Source of the DNA: an uncultured virus (IMG/VR IMGVR_UViG_2690315617_000001)
Lineage: Duplodnaviria; Heunggongvirae; Uroviricota; Caudoviricetes
Reading direction: 5' to 3' (one strand)
Length of the DNA: 64,000 bases
IMG/VR virus record: IMGVR_UViG_2690315617_000001
The translations under genes and the position numbers were made by a program. The notes beneath the pieces are model-generated. The model was given only the letters and a program-made list of their open reading frames with translations. It did no database searches and was not told the DNA's origin. Positions 45,649 to 54,452 of the stretch are shown piece by piece; within the stretch, counting starts at the first letter, position 1, and each line of letters begins with the position of its first letter.

Positions 45649-47385
45649 ATGAAGACCCACGAACTCATTCAGGGCAGCGATGCCTGGGACCAATTCCGCC
45701 TCACGCACTTCGGTGCCAGTGAAGCGGCCGCCATGCTCGGCCTGTCCAAGAAGACCACGCGCAACGAGCTGCTGCGTATGAAGAAGACGGGCATCGCGAA
45801 GGTTTTCAGCGACTGGGTGCAGAAGAACATTCTGGACCACGGGCATGCAGTCGAAGAGCCGGCCCGAAAGATCATGGAGGAGGTGATCGGCGAAACCCTC
45901 TACCCGGTCACCTGCTCGGACGGCGAAATCTCAGCATCGTGCGACGGCCTGACGATGGCCGAAGACGCCGCTTGGGAAAACAAGCAGTGGAACGAGGAGT
46001 ACGCCGCGTTGGTCCGCGCTGGCCAGGTGCCCGAGGAGCACATGCCCCAGTGCCAGCAGGTGCTGATGGTCACGAAGGCGGAACGGCTCTACTTCTCCAT
46101 CTCGGACGGCACTCGCGAGCAGACGGTCTGGGTCAAGGTCTTGCCCGACGCGGCATGGTTCGATCGCATCCGCGCTGGCTGGCATCAATTTGCCACCGAC
46201 CTCGCCACCTACACCCCAGGCGAGGTTGTCGCTGAAGTCGTCGGCCGCACGCCCGAGACGTTGCCAGCCCTGCGCATCGAAGTCACTGGCATGGTGACGG
46301 CAAGCAACCTGGCGCAGTACCGCGAGCATGCGCTGGCAGTCTTTGCCGGCATCAACCGTGATCTGAAGACCGATCAGGACTTCGCCAATGCCGACAAGAC
46401 GGTGAAATGGTGCGGAGAGGTCGAGAGCCGGCTGGCCGCCGCCAAGCAGCACGCGTTGAGTCAGACCGAGAGCATCGACGTCTTGTTCAAGACCATCGAC
46501 GACATCACGGCCGAGGCGCGCTCCACGCGGCTCGAGCTGGACAAGCTGGTCAAGGCTCGCAAGGAAGCGCGCAAGGGCGAAATCGTCGCCGGCGGGGTCA
46601 AGGGCTTCTCCGATCACATCGCGGCACTGAATGCGCGCCTGGGCAAACCGTACATGCCTGCTGTGATGGTCGACTTCGGGGGCGCCATCAAAGGCATGCG
46701 CTCGTTCGACAGCATGCAGAACGCCGTCGACACCACGCTGGCCAACGCCAAGATCGCGGCCAGCGCCACGGCAGACCGCATCCAAACCAATCTGACCACG
46801 CTGCGCGAACTGGCAGCCGACGCACCGCACCTGTTCCCCGACACGCAGGTGATCGTGCAGAAGGCACCAGAGGATCTCACCGCGCTCGTGAAGAACCGAA
46901 TTGCCGAGCACCGCGCGGCCGAAGAGAAGAAGCTGGAAGCACAGCGCGAAAGCATCCGCCAGGAAGAACTGGCGCGCATCGAGCGCGAAGCGGAGGCCAA
47001 ACGCCAGCTCATTGCCCGCGAACAGGCCGCCCAAGCTGCAGCTGCTGCTCCGGCGCCCGTCGCTTCCCCAATTACGACCTCCGCCGCTGCCACGCCGCCT
47101 GCGGCAACGCCAATTAGCGCCCCCGTCGCTGCGCCGGCGCCGACCGTGATCCCCATGCCAGTGCGCGCGGCCGCCGCGCCCGCCAGCGCACCCACGCTGA
47201 GCATCGGCGCCATCAACGAGCGGCTGCAGCACTTCACCGTGACCGAGGCGGGTCTGCGCGGCCTAGGCTTCGAACCTGCCGGCCGCGAGCGCGCTGCGCC
47301 CCGGTACCACGAGAGCGAGTTCCCGCACGTTCTGGCCGCAATCGTGGCCCACGTGCAGGGCATCCAGGCCAAGCAGGCCGCCTGA
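45649..47385 (+). CDS. YqaJ/lambda-exonuclease family protein with coiled-coil tail
   Basis: QGSDAW...FGASEAAAMLG...GHAVE...ASCDG...WENK. Confidence 0.9.
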   Translation: MKTHELIQGSDAWDQFRLTHFGASEAAAMLGLSKKTTRNELLRMKKTGIAKVFSDWVQKNILDHGHAVEEPARKIMEEVIGETLYPVTCSDGEISASCDGLTMAEDAAWENKQWNEEYAALVRAGQVPEEHMPQCQQVLMVTKAERLYFSISDGTREQTVWVKVLPDAAWFDRIRAGWHQFATDLATYTPGEVVAEVVGRTPETLPALRIEVTGMVTASNLAQYREHALAVFAGINRDLKTDQDFANADKTVKWCGEVESRLAAAKQHALSQTESIDVLFKTIDDITAEARSTRLELDKLVKARKEARKGEIVAGGVKGFSDHIAALNARLGKPYMPAVMVDFGGAIKGMRSFDSMQNAVDTTLANAKIAASATADRIQTNLTTLRELAADAPHLFPDTQVIVQKAPEDLTALVKNRIAEHRAAEEKKLEAQRESIRQEELARIEREAEAKRQLIAREQAAQAAAAAPAPVASPITTSAAATPPAATPISAPVAAPAPTVIPMPVRAAAAPASAPTLSIGAINERLQHFTVTEAGLRGLGFEPAGRERAAPRYHESEFPHVLAAIVAHVQGIQAKQAA

Positions 47386-47397
47386 CTGGAGACCAGC

Positions 47398-48276
47398 ATG
47401 GGACGAGAACTCAAACGCGTGCCGCTCGACTTCGCTCACCCGCTTAACACGGTCTGGCCGGGCTATCTGAACCCTCACTATGTCGCGGTGGCATGCGCGC
47501 ACTGTGGAGGCACCGGTTCCTCGCCGGAGGCACTTCACCTCAAGGCTCAGTGGTACGGCAATGGCGCGGCCTTCAGGCCAGAGGACCGTGGAAGCAAGCC
47601 CTTCACGGCCGACCATCCGGCAGTCTTGCGCTGTGCTGCCCGCAATGTTGCCCATGCGCCGGAGTACTACGGTTCCGGCGAACTGGCGATTCAGCAGGAG
47701 TCCGGCCGTTTGGCCGCCTACTTCAATCGCGGCTGGTGCCACCACCTCAATGCCGCTGACATTGCGGCGCTGATCGAAGCCGACCGTCTCCACGACTTCA
47801 CCAGCGAATTTCAGCCGGGCACTGGATGGGTAAAGCGCGATCCCATTCCCGAGATCACCCCAGAGCAGGTCAACGCGTGGAGCCTGTCCGGTTTCGGACA
47901 CGACAGCATCAATCAGTGGATCGTCGTGGAAGCCGAATGCAAGCGCCGTGGTTTCGCCTACTCCTGCGCGCACTGCGACGGCCAGGGTGATCTCTGGCCC
48001 TCCGCTGAGGCAGAAGCGCTCTACGAGGCGTGGAGCCGCAGCGAACCGCCAACCGGCGAGGGCTTCCAGATTTGGGAGACGGTCAGCGAAGGCTCGCCGA
48101 TCTCTCCCGTCTTCGCAACACCTGAAGAACTTGCGCTGCACATGGCCGCCACCTCGTGGGGCGCTGACAAGGGCACGCCGTACGCAACGTGGCTGAAGTT
48201 CATTCAGGGCCCCGGCTGGGCACCCTCTCTCATCGCCGACGACCTCGGCGTCCGCACTGGCGTCCAAGCCGCCTGA
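47398..48276 (+). CDS. Conserved phage protein with CxxCxGxG zinc motifs
   Basis: CAHCGGTG, CAHCDGQG, EPPTGEGFQIWETVSEGSPISP. Confidence 0.75.
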   Translation: MGRELKRVPLDFAHPLNTVWPGYLNPHYVAVACAHCGGTGSSPEALHLKAQWYGNGAAFRPEDRGSKPFTADHPAVLRCAARNVAHAPEYYGSGELAIQQESGRLAAYFNRGWCHHLNAADIAALIEADRLHDFTSEFQPGTGWVKRDPIPEITPEQVNAWSLSGFGHDSINQWIVVEAECKRRGFAYSCAHCDGQGDLWPSAEAEALYEAWSRSEPPTGEGFQIWETVSEGSPISPVFATPEELALHMAATSWGADKGTPYATWLKFIQGPGWAPSLIADDLGVRTGVQAA

Positions 48277-48306
48277 CCACCCACCCGCAACTACAGGAGC
48301 ACCACC

Positions 48307-48591
48307 ATGCCCAAGACCTACGCGGCTCCGGCCGCTTTCTCCGAAAAGCCGTTCATCGCCATTCCGATGACGCCCGTGGAATCCCGCCAAGTCGCCGCCG
48401 TCGGCTACGACGCCGCGCGCAAGACGTTGGCCGTGACCTTCAAGCGCGGTCCCGGCCACATCTACCACTACCCCGATTGCGACGCGAAGCTGCACGCCGA
48501 CTTCATGGCGGCCGATTCGAAGGGCGTGTTCTTCACCGAACGCATCAAGCCGCTGGCCTTCGACAAGTTCCCCGCGCCGGTCGCAGCCTGA
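48307..48591 (+). CDS. KTSC-domain protein
   Basis: PVESRQVAAVGYD...YHYP...FMAADSKGVFF. Confidence 0.85.
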   Translation: MPKTYAAPAAFSEKPFIAIPMTPVESRQVAAVGYDAARKTLAVTFKRGPGHIYHYPDCDAKLHADFMAADSKGVFFTERIKPLAFDKFPAPVAA

Positions 48592-48704
48592 CCACTTTTA
48601 GGGTATTCCAGCCGGCTGATCCCTCCTCGTCTGATCCCTGTGTTTTCGGCTGGTACCGCGTAAGCGGCGCCCTCTTTCTTTCCCTCAACCAACTGGAGCT
48701 ATCC

Positions 48705-49316
48705 ATGAACGCTGACAAACCCAACATCCTTGTCCCCGCCGAACACGGGGCGCCCTTCGAGGGCGGCTTCTACGGCGGCCAGATCCGCATCGGCGAAGGC
48801 ATCTTCGCTGTCGTCTGGGCACCGAAGGCCGACGGCGACATCAAGGGCCTCTGGCTGCCGAGCTACACGCAGATGCCCAACACCGACAGCTTCTACGACA
48901 GCATGGCGAACACCGTGGCGATGGCCGCGGCGGGCAGCCCCATCGCACAGCAGGCGCTGGCCGCCGAGATCGCAGGACACAAGGACTGGTGCATCCCCGC
49001 ACGCGACGTGCTGGAACTGGGCTATCGCTACCTGAAGCCCACTGACGAAGAGAACTACGCCTACGAAGACGGCGAGAACACGAGCAGCGTTCCTGCGGGC
49101 GATGCGTACACCGAGGCGCTTCCCGCGCAAACCAGCGTCGAGGCCTTCCGCAAGGGTGGCGCCGAGGCGTTCGAAGAGGCCTGGTACTGGAGCAGCACGC
49201 AGGCTTCCAGCTACCGCGCCTGGCTTCAGTACTTCTACTACGGCCACCAGAGCAACATCAGCAAGAAGTTCGAAGGCCGCGCCCGCCTCGTTCGCTTGAT
49301 TCAGCTCAACGCTTGA
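48705..49316 (+). CDS. DGR target protein 1 (DUF1566/CLec-like)
   Basis: GGAG RBS; DWCIPARDVL, YWSSTQ; C-terminal VR1. Confidence 0.92.
   Translation: MNADKPNILVPAEHGAPFEGGFYGGQIRIGEGIFAVVWAPKADGDIKGLWLPSYTQMPNTDSFYDSMANTVAMAAAGSPIAQQALAAEIAGHKDWCIPARDVLELGYRYLKPTDEENYAYEDGENTSSVPAGDAYTEALPAQTSVEAFRKGGAEAFEEAWYWSSTQASSYRAWLQYFYYGHQSNISKKFEGRARLVRLIQLNA
49197..49295 (+). repeat. DGR variable repeat VR1
   Basis: 99-nt match to TR 50410-50508 with 12 mismatches, all at TR A positions. Confidence 0.96.
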
Positions 49317-49342
49317 GTCCTTCAATCCTTTCAGGAGTCACC

Positions 49343-49852
49343 ATGGCCATCACCCAAGAGACCATCCAAGAAGAGACGAAGAAGCTGGGCGAAATGATCG
49401 CCCGCTTCGAATCCATCGGCGTCAACGTCGGCGACGCCAAGGTATGGGCCGAACGCCTGCTCGCCAAGCTGAACGCAAGTGCAGCCACCGTCCTCAGCGT
49501 CCCCGGCATCGAGATCACGCTAGCGCCAGGCGAGCGCTATGCGGGCCTTCTCCTCAACGAAGAGGGCAAGCCGAGTCACCACCTGGTGCTGCTGCCCGGC
49601 GAGTTCGAGGACGTGAGCTGGGACGCCGCGAAGAGCGCAGCAGAGAAGGCTGGCGGCGAGCTCCCATCCAGACGCGAGCAGTCCCTGCTCTTCGCCAACC
49701 TGAAGAGCGAGTTCAAGGCTGCCTGGTACTGGTCGAGTGAGCAGGCTTCCAGCGACGGCGCCTGGACTCAGTACTTCGACGACGGCTACCAGAGCACCGG
49801 CATCAAGAAGTTCGAAGGCCGCGCCCGCCTCGTTCGCAGATTGTTTCTTTGA
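49343..49852 (+). CDS. DGR target protein 2 (DUF1566/CLec-like)
   Basis: AGGAG RBS; LPSRREQSLL, YWSSEQ; C-terminal VR2. Confidence 0.92.
   Translation: MAITQETIQEETKKLGEMIARFESIGVNVGDAKVWAERLLAKLNASAATVLSVPGIEITLAPGERYAGLLLNEEGKPSHHLVLLPGEFEDVSWDAAKSAAEKAGGELPSRREQSLLFANLKSEFKAAWYWSSEQASSDGAWTQYFDDGYQSTGIKKFEGRARLVRRLFL
49741..49842 (+). repeat. DGR variable repeat VR2
   Basis: 102-nt match to TR 50412-50513 with 13 mismatches, all at TR A positions. Confidence 0.96.
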
Positions 49853-49871
49853 CCCTTTAGCACTTTGAGTC

Positions 49872-50237
49872 ATGGCCCTGCACACCGAACTGCCGATCTA
49901 CAAGAAGGGATGCGAGCTCGTCTCGCTCGCCTTCCACGTCCAGAAAGAGATGCCGCGTGGCTTCAAGAACTCTCTGGGCGAGAAGATCACCGGACACTGC
50001 ACCGAGATGGTCAACCTGATGGCGCTCGCAAATGCGACGCGCGGGCACGACCGGGCGGCACACATCCGAGATCTGCTGCAGCGCCAGCACGCAGCCACTG
50101 TGCTGCTGCGGGTTTGCCACGACAGCCGGTTCATCTCGACCAAGCTGTGGTCCCAGTCCGTGCAGTTGCTCGACAACATCGGAAAGCAGGGCGGCGGATG
50201 GCTCAAAGTCTCCAACGTAACGGCGCCTGCAGCATGA
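49872..50237 (+). CDS. avd: Accessory variability determinant (Avd-like four-helix bundle)
   Basis: LPIYKKG...MPRGFKNSLGEKI...IGKQGGGW; 121 aa, between target and TR. Confidence 0.9.
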   Translation: MALHTELPIYKKGCELVSLAFHVQKEMPRGFKNSLGEKITGHCTEMVNLMALANATRGHDRAAHIRDLLQRQHAATVLLRVCHDSRFISTKLWSQSVQLLDNIGKQGGGWLKVSNVTAPAA

Positions 50238-51625
50238 CGGTCAAGGCCCCCATGCCCGTGCGCAATTTGAATCTGGTCGCGCCGCTGCCCCACGAGGGCA
50301 CCGCCATGCGCATCACAGATACCGCTGCCAGTGTGCAGGCCTGGTCTGGCGCAGTTTCCCCGCTGATCGGTTTCGACCTTCGGCAGGGCGATGTAGATAG
50401 CACGAACCAACGCAGGCTTCCAGCAACAACGCCTGGAATCAGAACTTCAACAACGGCAACCAGAACAACAACAACAAGAAGTTCGAAGGCCGCGCCCGCC
50501 TCGTTCGCAGATTCATATCCGTTTTCCTTCGAAGAACTGGTGCAGGCCTATCTGGACTGCCGCAAGAGCAAGCGCAACACAGCCAGCGCGCTCGCCTTTG
50601 AAAGCCAGCTCGAGCGCAATCTCTGCGCTCTGTATGAAGAACTGACCAGCGGCGCGTGGCGCCCTGGTCGGTCGATCTGCTTCGTCATCACGCGGCCGAA
50701 GCCGCGCGAGGTCTGGGCTGCGGACTTCCGGGACCGCATCGTCCATCACCTCCTTTACAACCGCATCGCTCGGCGCTTCCACGCGAGCTTTGTTCATTCG
50801 AGCAGCGCATGCATCCCAGGTCGCGGCACGCTGTACGCCGCCATGCTGCTGGAACGCGATGTCCGCAGCGTCACCCAGAACTGGAGCCGGCCGGCCTTCT
50901 ACCTGAAGTGCGACCTGGCGAACTTCTTCGTGGCCATCGACAAGGTCACGCTTCGCGACCAGCTGGCGCGCAAGGTACACGAGCCGTTCTGGCTGGCGCT
51001 GGCCGAGACCATCCTATTCCACGATCCGCGCGAAGACCACGAGTTACGGGGTCGTGCCGAATTACTGGCACGTGTGCCGGCGCACAAGAGTCTCTTCAAC
51101 GCGCCAGCGCATACCGGCCTGCCCATCGGCAACCTCAGCAGCCAGTTCTTCGCCAATGTGCACCTCGACGCGCTGGACCAGTTCGCGAAGCACCAGCTGC
51201 GCGCCACCCGGTATGTGCGCTACGTCGACGACTTCATCCTGCTGCACGAGTCGTCGCAGTGGCTGCGCCAAGCGCATGACCGCATTGCTGCCTTCCTGCC
51301 CGAACGCCTCGGCGCGCGGTTGAACCCCAGCAAGACCATCCTGCAGCCGGTTGACCGCGGCATCGACTTCGTCGGGCATGTCATCAAGCCATGGCGCCGC
51401 ACCACGCGGCCGCGCACGGTGGCCACGGCCTTGCACCGCATCGAGACGTTGCCAGCCGCTGATCTATTCGCCACCGGCAACAGCTACCTCGGGCTGATGC
51501 GCCAAGCCGGCAACAGCCATCAGGACCAGGTCGCCGTCGGCCGCGCGCTGCTGAAGCGCGGGCATGCCATCGATGGCGGTTTGACCAAGATTTTCCGCAA
51601 GAAACCCCTCCCCCTCACCGCTTGA
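50234..51625 (+). CDS. DGR reverse transcriptase (start uncertain; core begins about 50520)
   Basis: KPREVWAADFRDRIVHH, LKCDLANFF, GLPIGNLSSQ, YVRYVDDF, GIDFVG. Confidence 0.95.
   Translation: MTVKAPMPVRNLNLVAPLPHEGTAMRITDTAASVQAWSGAVSPLIGFDLRQGDVDSTNQRRLPATTPGIRTSTTATRTTTTRSSKAAPASFADSYPFSFEELVQAYLDCRKSKRNTASALAFESQLERNLCALYEELTSGAWRPGRSICFVITRPKPREVWAADFRDRIVHHLLYNRIARRFHASFVHSSSACIPGRGTLYAAMLLERDVRSVTQNWSRPAFYLKCDLANFFVAIDKVTLRDQLARKVHEPFWLALAETILFHDPREDHELRGRAELLARVPAHKSLFNAPAHTGLPIGNLSSQFFANVHLDALDQFAKHQLRATRYVRYVDDFILLHESSQWLRQAHDRIAAFLPERLGARLNPSKTILQPVDRGIDFVGHVIKPWRRTTRPRTVATALHRIETLPAADLFATGNSYLGLMRQAGNSHQDQVAVGRALLKRGHAIDGGLTKIFRKKPLPLTA
50410..50513 (+). ncRNA. DGR template repeat (TR)
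   Basis: 11 AAY codons in the VR frame; GC-only tract GGCCGCGCCCGCC near the 3' end. Confidence 0.95.
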
Positions 51626-51634
51626 AAGGTACTC

Positions 51635-52282
51635 ATGCTCGAACTGCTCGAACCCACCACCGTGAAACTCTCCAACGTCCAGACGCGTGTGGAAAAGCAC
51701 GGCGACGAAGAAGTGATGGCCATCGACCTCGCTGTCGCCTGGAACACGAACAACCGCTCGCTGACGGCGATTCAGAAGCAGCTGCGCAACGCGCTGTTCT
51801 GCAACCTCGCACAGGAGATCGACAGCCCTCAAGCCGAGATGGACCTGCCGGTCGACGAGATGCCGAACGTGCGCGTGCCCGGCATGGACTACCCCGTGAA
51901 GCTGGACTTCCAGCAGATCGGGGCTCGCGTGGAGGTGGCCTACGGCATCGACGAAACCACGGCCATCGTGCTGCAGCTGTGCAAGGTGCACAAGTTCCGG
52001 ATCACGCCCATCGAGGGCGGCTCGGCCGAGGTGAAGTTCGCCATCTCGTCGGCATCCGAAATCGATGACCACATCATCGGCACGCTCTCGGTGCTGCAGC
52101 AGCGCGACATCTCCATCCAGCTGACCATGCCAGAGGTCGAGCAGCCTGAGAAGCCGCTCACCGAAGGTGACGTGTTCCCCGGCGCGCCGGCGAGTGAGCC
52201 CAAGAAGAAGCTCACGCCTGAAGACGTGTTTCTCGGCACCCACGCGCCCAGGGACACGGACGGCGAAGGCGAGGAAGCCTGA
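51635..52282 (+). CDS. Conserved phage hypothetical protein
   Basis: RVEKHGDEEVMAIDL...ITPIEGGS. Confidence 0.75.
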   Translation: MLELLEPTTVKLSNVQTRVEKHGDEEVMAIDLAVAWNTNNRSLTAIQKQLRNALFCNLAQEIDSPQAEMDLPVDEMPNVRVPGMDYPVKLDFQQIGARVEVAYGIDETTAIVLQLCKVHKFRITPIEGGSAEVKFAISSASEIDDHIIGTLSVLQQRDISIQLTMPEVEQPEKPLTEGDVFPGAPASEPKKKLTPEDVFLGTHAPRDTDGEGEEA

Positions 52283-52285
52283 CCC

Positions 52286-52453
52286 ATGGACTTCACCGTC
52301 ATCCCCATCGAGAAGGTGAAGGCCGCGTTCGCGCGCGCTCTCGCCATGAATCCTGACCGCGAGGCAGCCGCCCGCGCTGCGGCACAGGCCCTCGGCATCA
52401 CTGCCGAGGCTGTGCGCGAGGTCGTTGAAACCATCACGAGCACCACAGCATGA
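52286..52453 (+). CDS. Small hypothetical protein
   Basis: GAGG RBS, ATGA overlap with the methylase. Confidence 0.55.
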   Translation: MDFTVIPIEKVKAAFARALAMNPDREAAARAAAQALGITAEAVREVVETITSTTA

Positions 52454-54452
52454 ACATCGTCGAGATCCGGCACTTCCACGCCTTCGTGGGCCTCGGCGGC
52501 GGCGCGCGCGGCTTCAACAAGGCCAATCCTCGCGTCGGCAACCTGCAGGCGAAGTTCCGCTGCATCGGCGGCATCGACGTCGACGCGGCGGCCATCCGGG
52601 ACTTCAACCGCCTGGCCAACGCTACGGGCACGGTGCTCGATCTCTTCGATCGCAGCCAGTTCGAGGCCTTCCACGGACGGCCGCCGCCGGCGGGCTGGGC
52701 CGAAGCGACCACTGCCGACATCCACCGCGCCGCCGGACACGAGCGGCCGCACATCGTCTTCCTGTCGGCGCCGTGCAAGGGCTTCAGCGGGTTGCTCTCG
52801 CAGACGAAGAGCCTCACCGACAAATACCAGGCGCTGAACCGCCTGACGTTGCGCGGCGTCTTCCTCATGCTCGAAGCCTGGAAGAACGACCCGCCCGAAC
52901 TGTTCGTATTCGAAAACGTGCCTCGCATCGCAACTCGCGGCAGGCACTTGCTTGACCAGATCACCGCCCTGCTGCGCAGCTACGGCTACGCGGTGGCCGA
53001 GACCACGCACGACTGCGGCGAACTCGGCGGCCTGGCGCAGAGCCGCAAGCGCTTCCTACTGGTGGCTCGGCACATCGAGAAGGTGCCGCCGTTCCTGTAC
53101 GAGCCCGAGAAGAAGCCGCTGCGCGCTGTGGGCGACGTGCTCGGCAAGATGCTCATGCCGGGCGACCTGCGCGCGGGCCCGATGCACCGCATCCCCGCGC
53201 TGCAATGGAAGACCTGGGTTCGTCTCGCGTTTGTCGAAGCTGGCAGCGACTGGCGCAGCCTGAACAAGCTGGCGGTGGAGAACGGGCATCTGCGCGACTA
53301 CCTGATCGTGCCAAGCACGCAGGAAGGTACCGGCGCCTATGGCGTCAACCGCTGGGAGGATCACTCGAAGCTGGTAGCGGCCCGAGCAATGGTCCGTTCT
53401 CGGTGGCAGATCCGCGTCAGCAACTCTACGCCGCTGGCTACGGCGTCACGCCCTGGGATGAGGCCAGCGGTGCCGTTGCTGGGGAGTCGCTGCCATCGAA
53501 TGGGAAGTTCGCGGTGGCCGACCCACGCAGCCCAGCCGGCGCACTGCAGTATCAGCAATACGGCGTGCTCGACTGGGCCGAACCGATGGGCGCCGTGATT
53601 GGCGTGAAGTCGCCCGGCCAAGGCACCTTCAGTGTCGCTGATCCACGCGGGCCGCAAGACCGCAAGCCCTTCGCCAAGTACGCGGTGACGGAATGGGATT
53701 CAAGCACCGGTACGGTAATCGGCGGTGACGACTCAGGCGCCTATGCGGTGCAGGATCCGCGCGCCAGCGGAGTACGTCACAACAACGTGTTCCGCGTGGT
53801 GCCCTGGGATAAGCCAGGCACGACGGTCACGGCCGGAACCGGTCCATCTGCCGGCGGCACAGCAGTTGCCGATCCTCGGCAGCCGGGTCTGCCCTTCAGC
53901 AAGTACTCGGTGACCGGCTTCGACGAGCCGGCAGGTACGGTGATCAGCGGCAGCACGACCGGCCAGGGTGCATTCGCGGTTGCGGACCCACGCAGCGGCA
54001 TTCAGCGCGGCAAGGGCGACAACTACCTGACGGCAGGCCACTACGGAGTGATGCCGTGGACCGAGCCCGCCGGCGCTGTGAGCGCGGCTGCTGGCCATGA
54101 CAACGGCCGGTGGAGCGTTGCCGACCCACGCATGCCCGCCCCAGCCGACAAGGTCGTGTGCCGCATCCAGGCACTCGACGGCACCTGGCACCGTCCGTTC
54201 ACCACGCTGGAGCTCGCCGCGCTGCAGTCGCTGTTCGATCCGGAAGAGAAGTTCGAGCTCGACGGGCTGAGCGATCAGGCCTGGCGTGAGCGCATTGGCA
54301 ATGCTGTCCCCAGCGATGCCGCCTGCGCGATCGGCGAAGTGATGGGCACGACGCTGCTGCTGGCCATGAGCGGTGAGACCTTCATGCTGTCGGCCCAGCC
54401 GATCTGGGTGCGCGATGTCGCGATGGCGCTGACCATGCCGGGGGCGCAGTGA
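52450..54452 (+). pseudogene. DNA cytosine-C5 methyltransferase with tandem ADPR repeats, split by a frameshift near 53375
   Basis: HAFVGLGG, PCKGFS, ENV and QSRKR in ORF 52450-53598; repeats and motif X RIGNAVP in another frame ending 54452. Confidence 0.85.

Larger units (their letters stand above)
48705..51625 (+). mobile_element. Diversity-generating retroelement (target1-target2-avd-TR-RT)
   Basis: RT, Avd, AAC-rich TR and two VRs that differ from the TR only at its adenines. Confidence 0.97.

Noticed and set aside
48189..48704. N-terminal extension of DGR target 1
   Set aside because: It overlaps the KTSC gene; a good RBS and ATG are at 48705.
49865..50233. 586-aa RT start given by the ORF track
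   Set aside because: It fully overlaps avd in another frame with no RBS; an artefact of longest-ORF calling.
50420..50480. AAC tandem run as a CRISPR array or microsatellite
   Set aside because: No repeat-spacer structure; it is the DGR template, explained by the two VR copies.
50234..51625. RT as a group II intron, retron or Abi RT
   Set aside because: GNLSSQ motif, adjacent avd and TR/VR pairs; no maturase or endonuclease domain.
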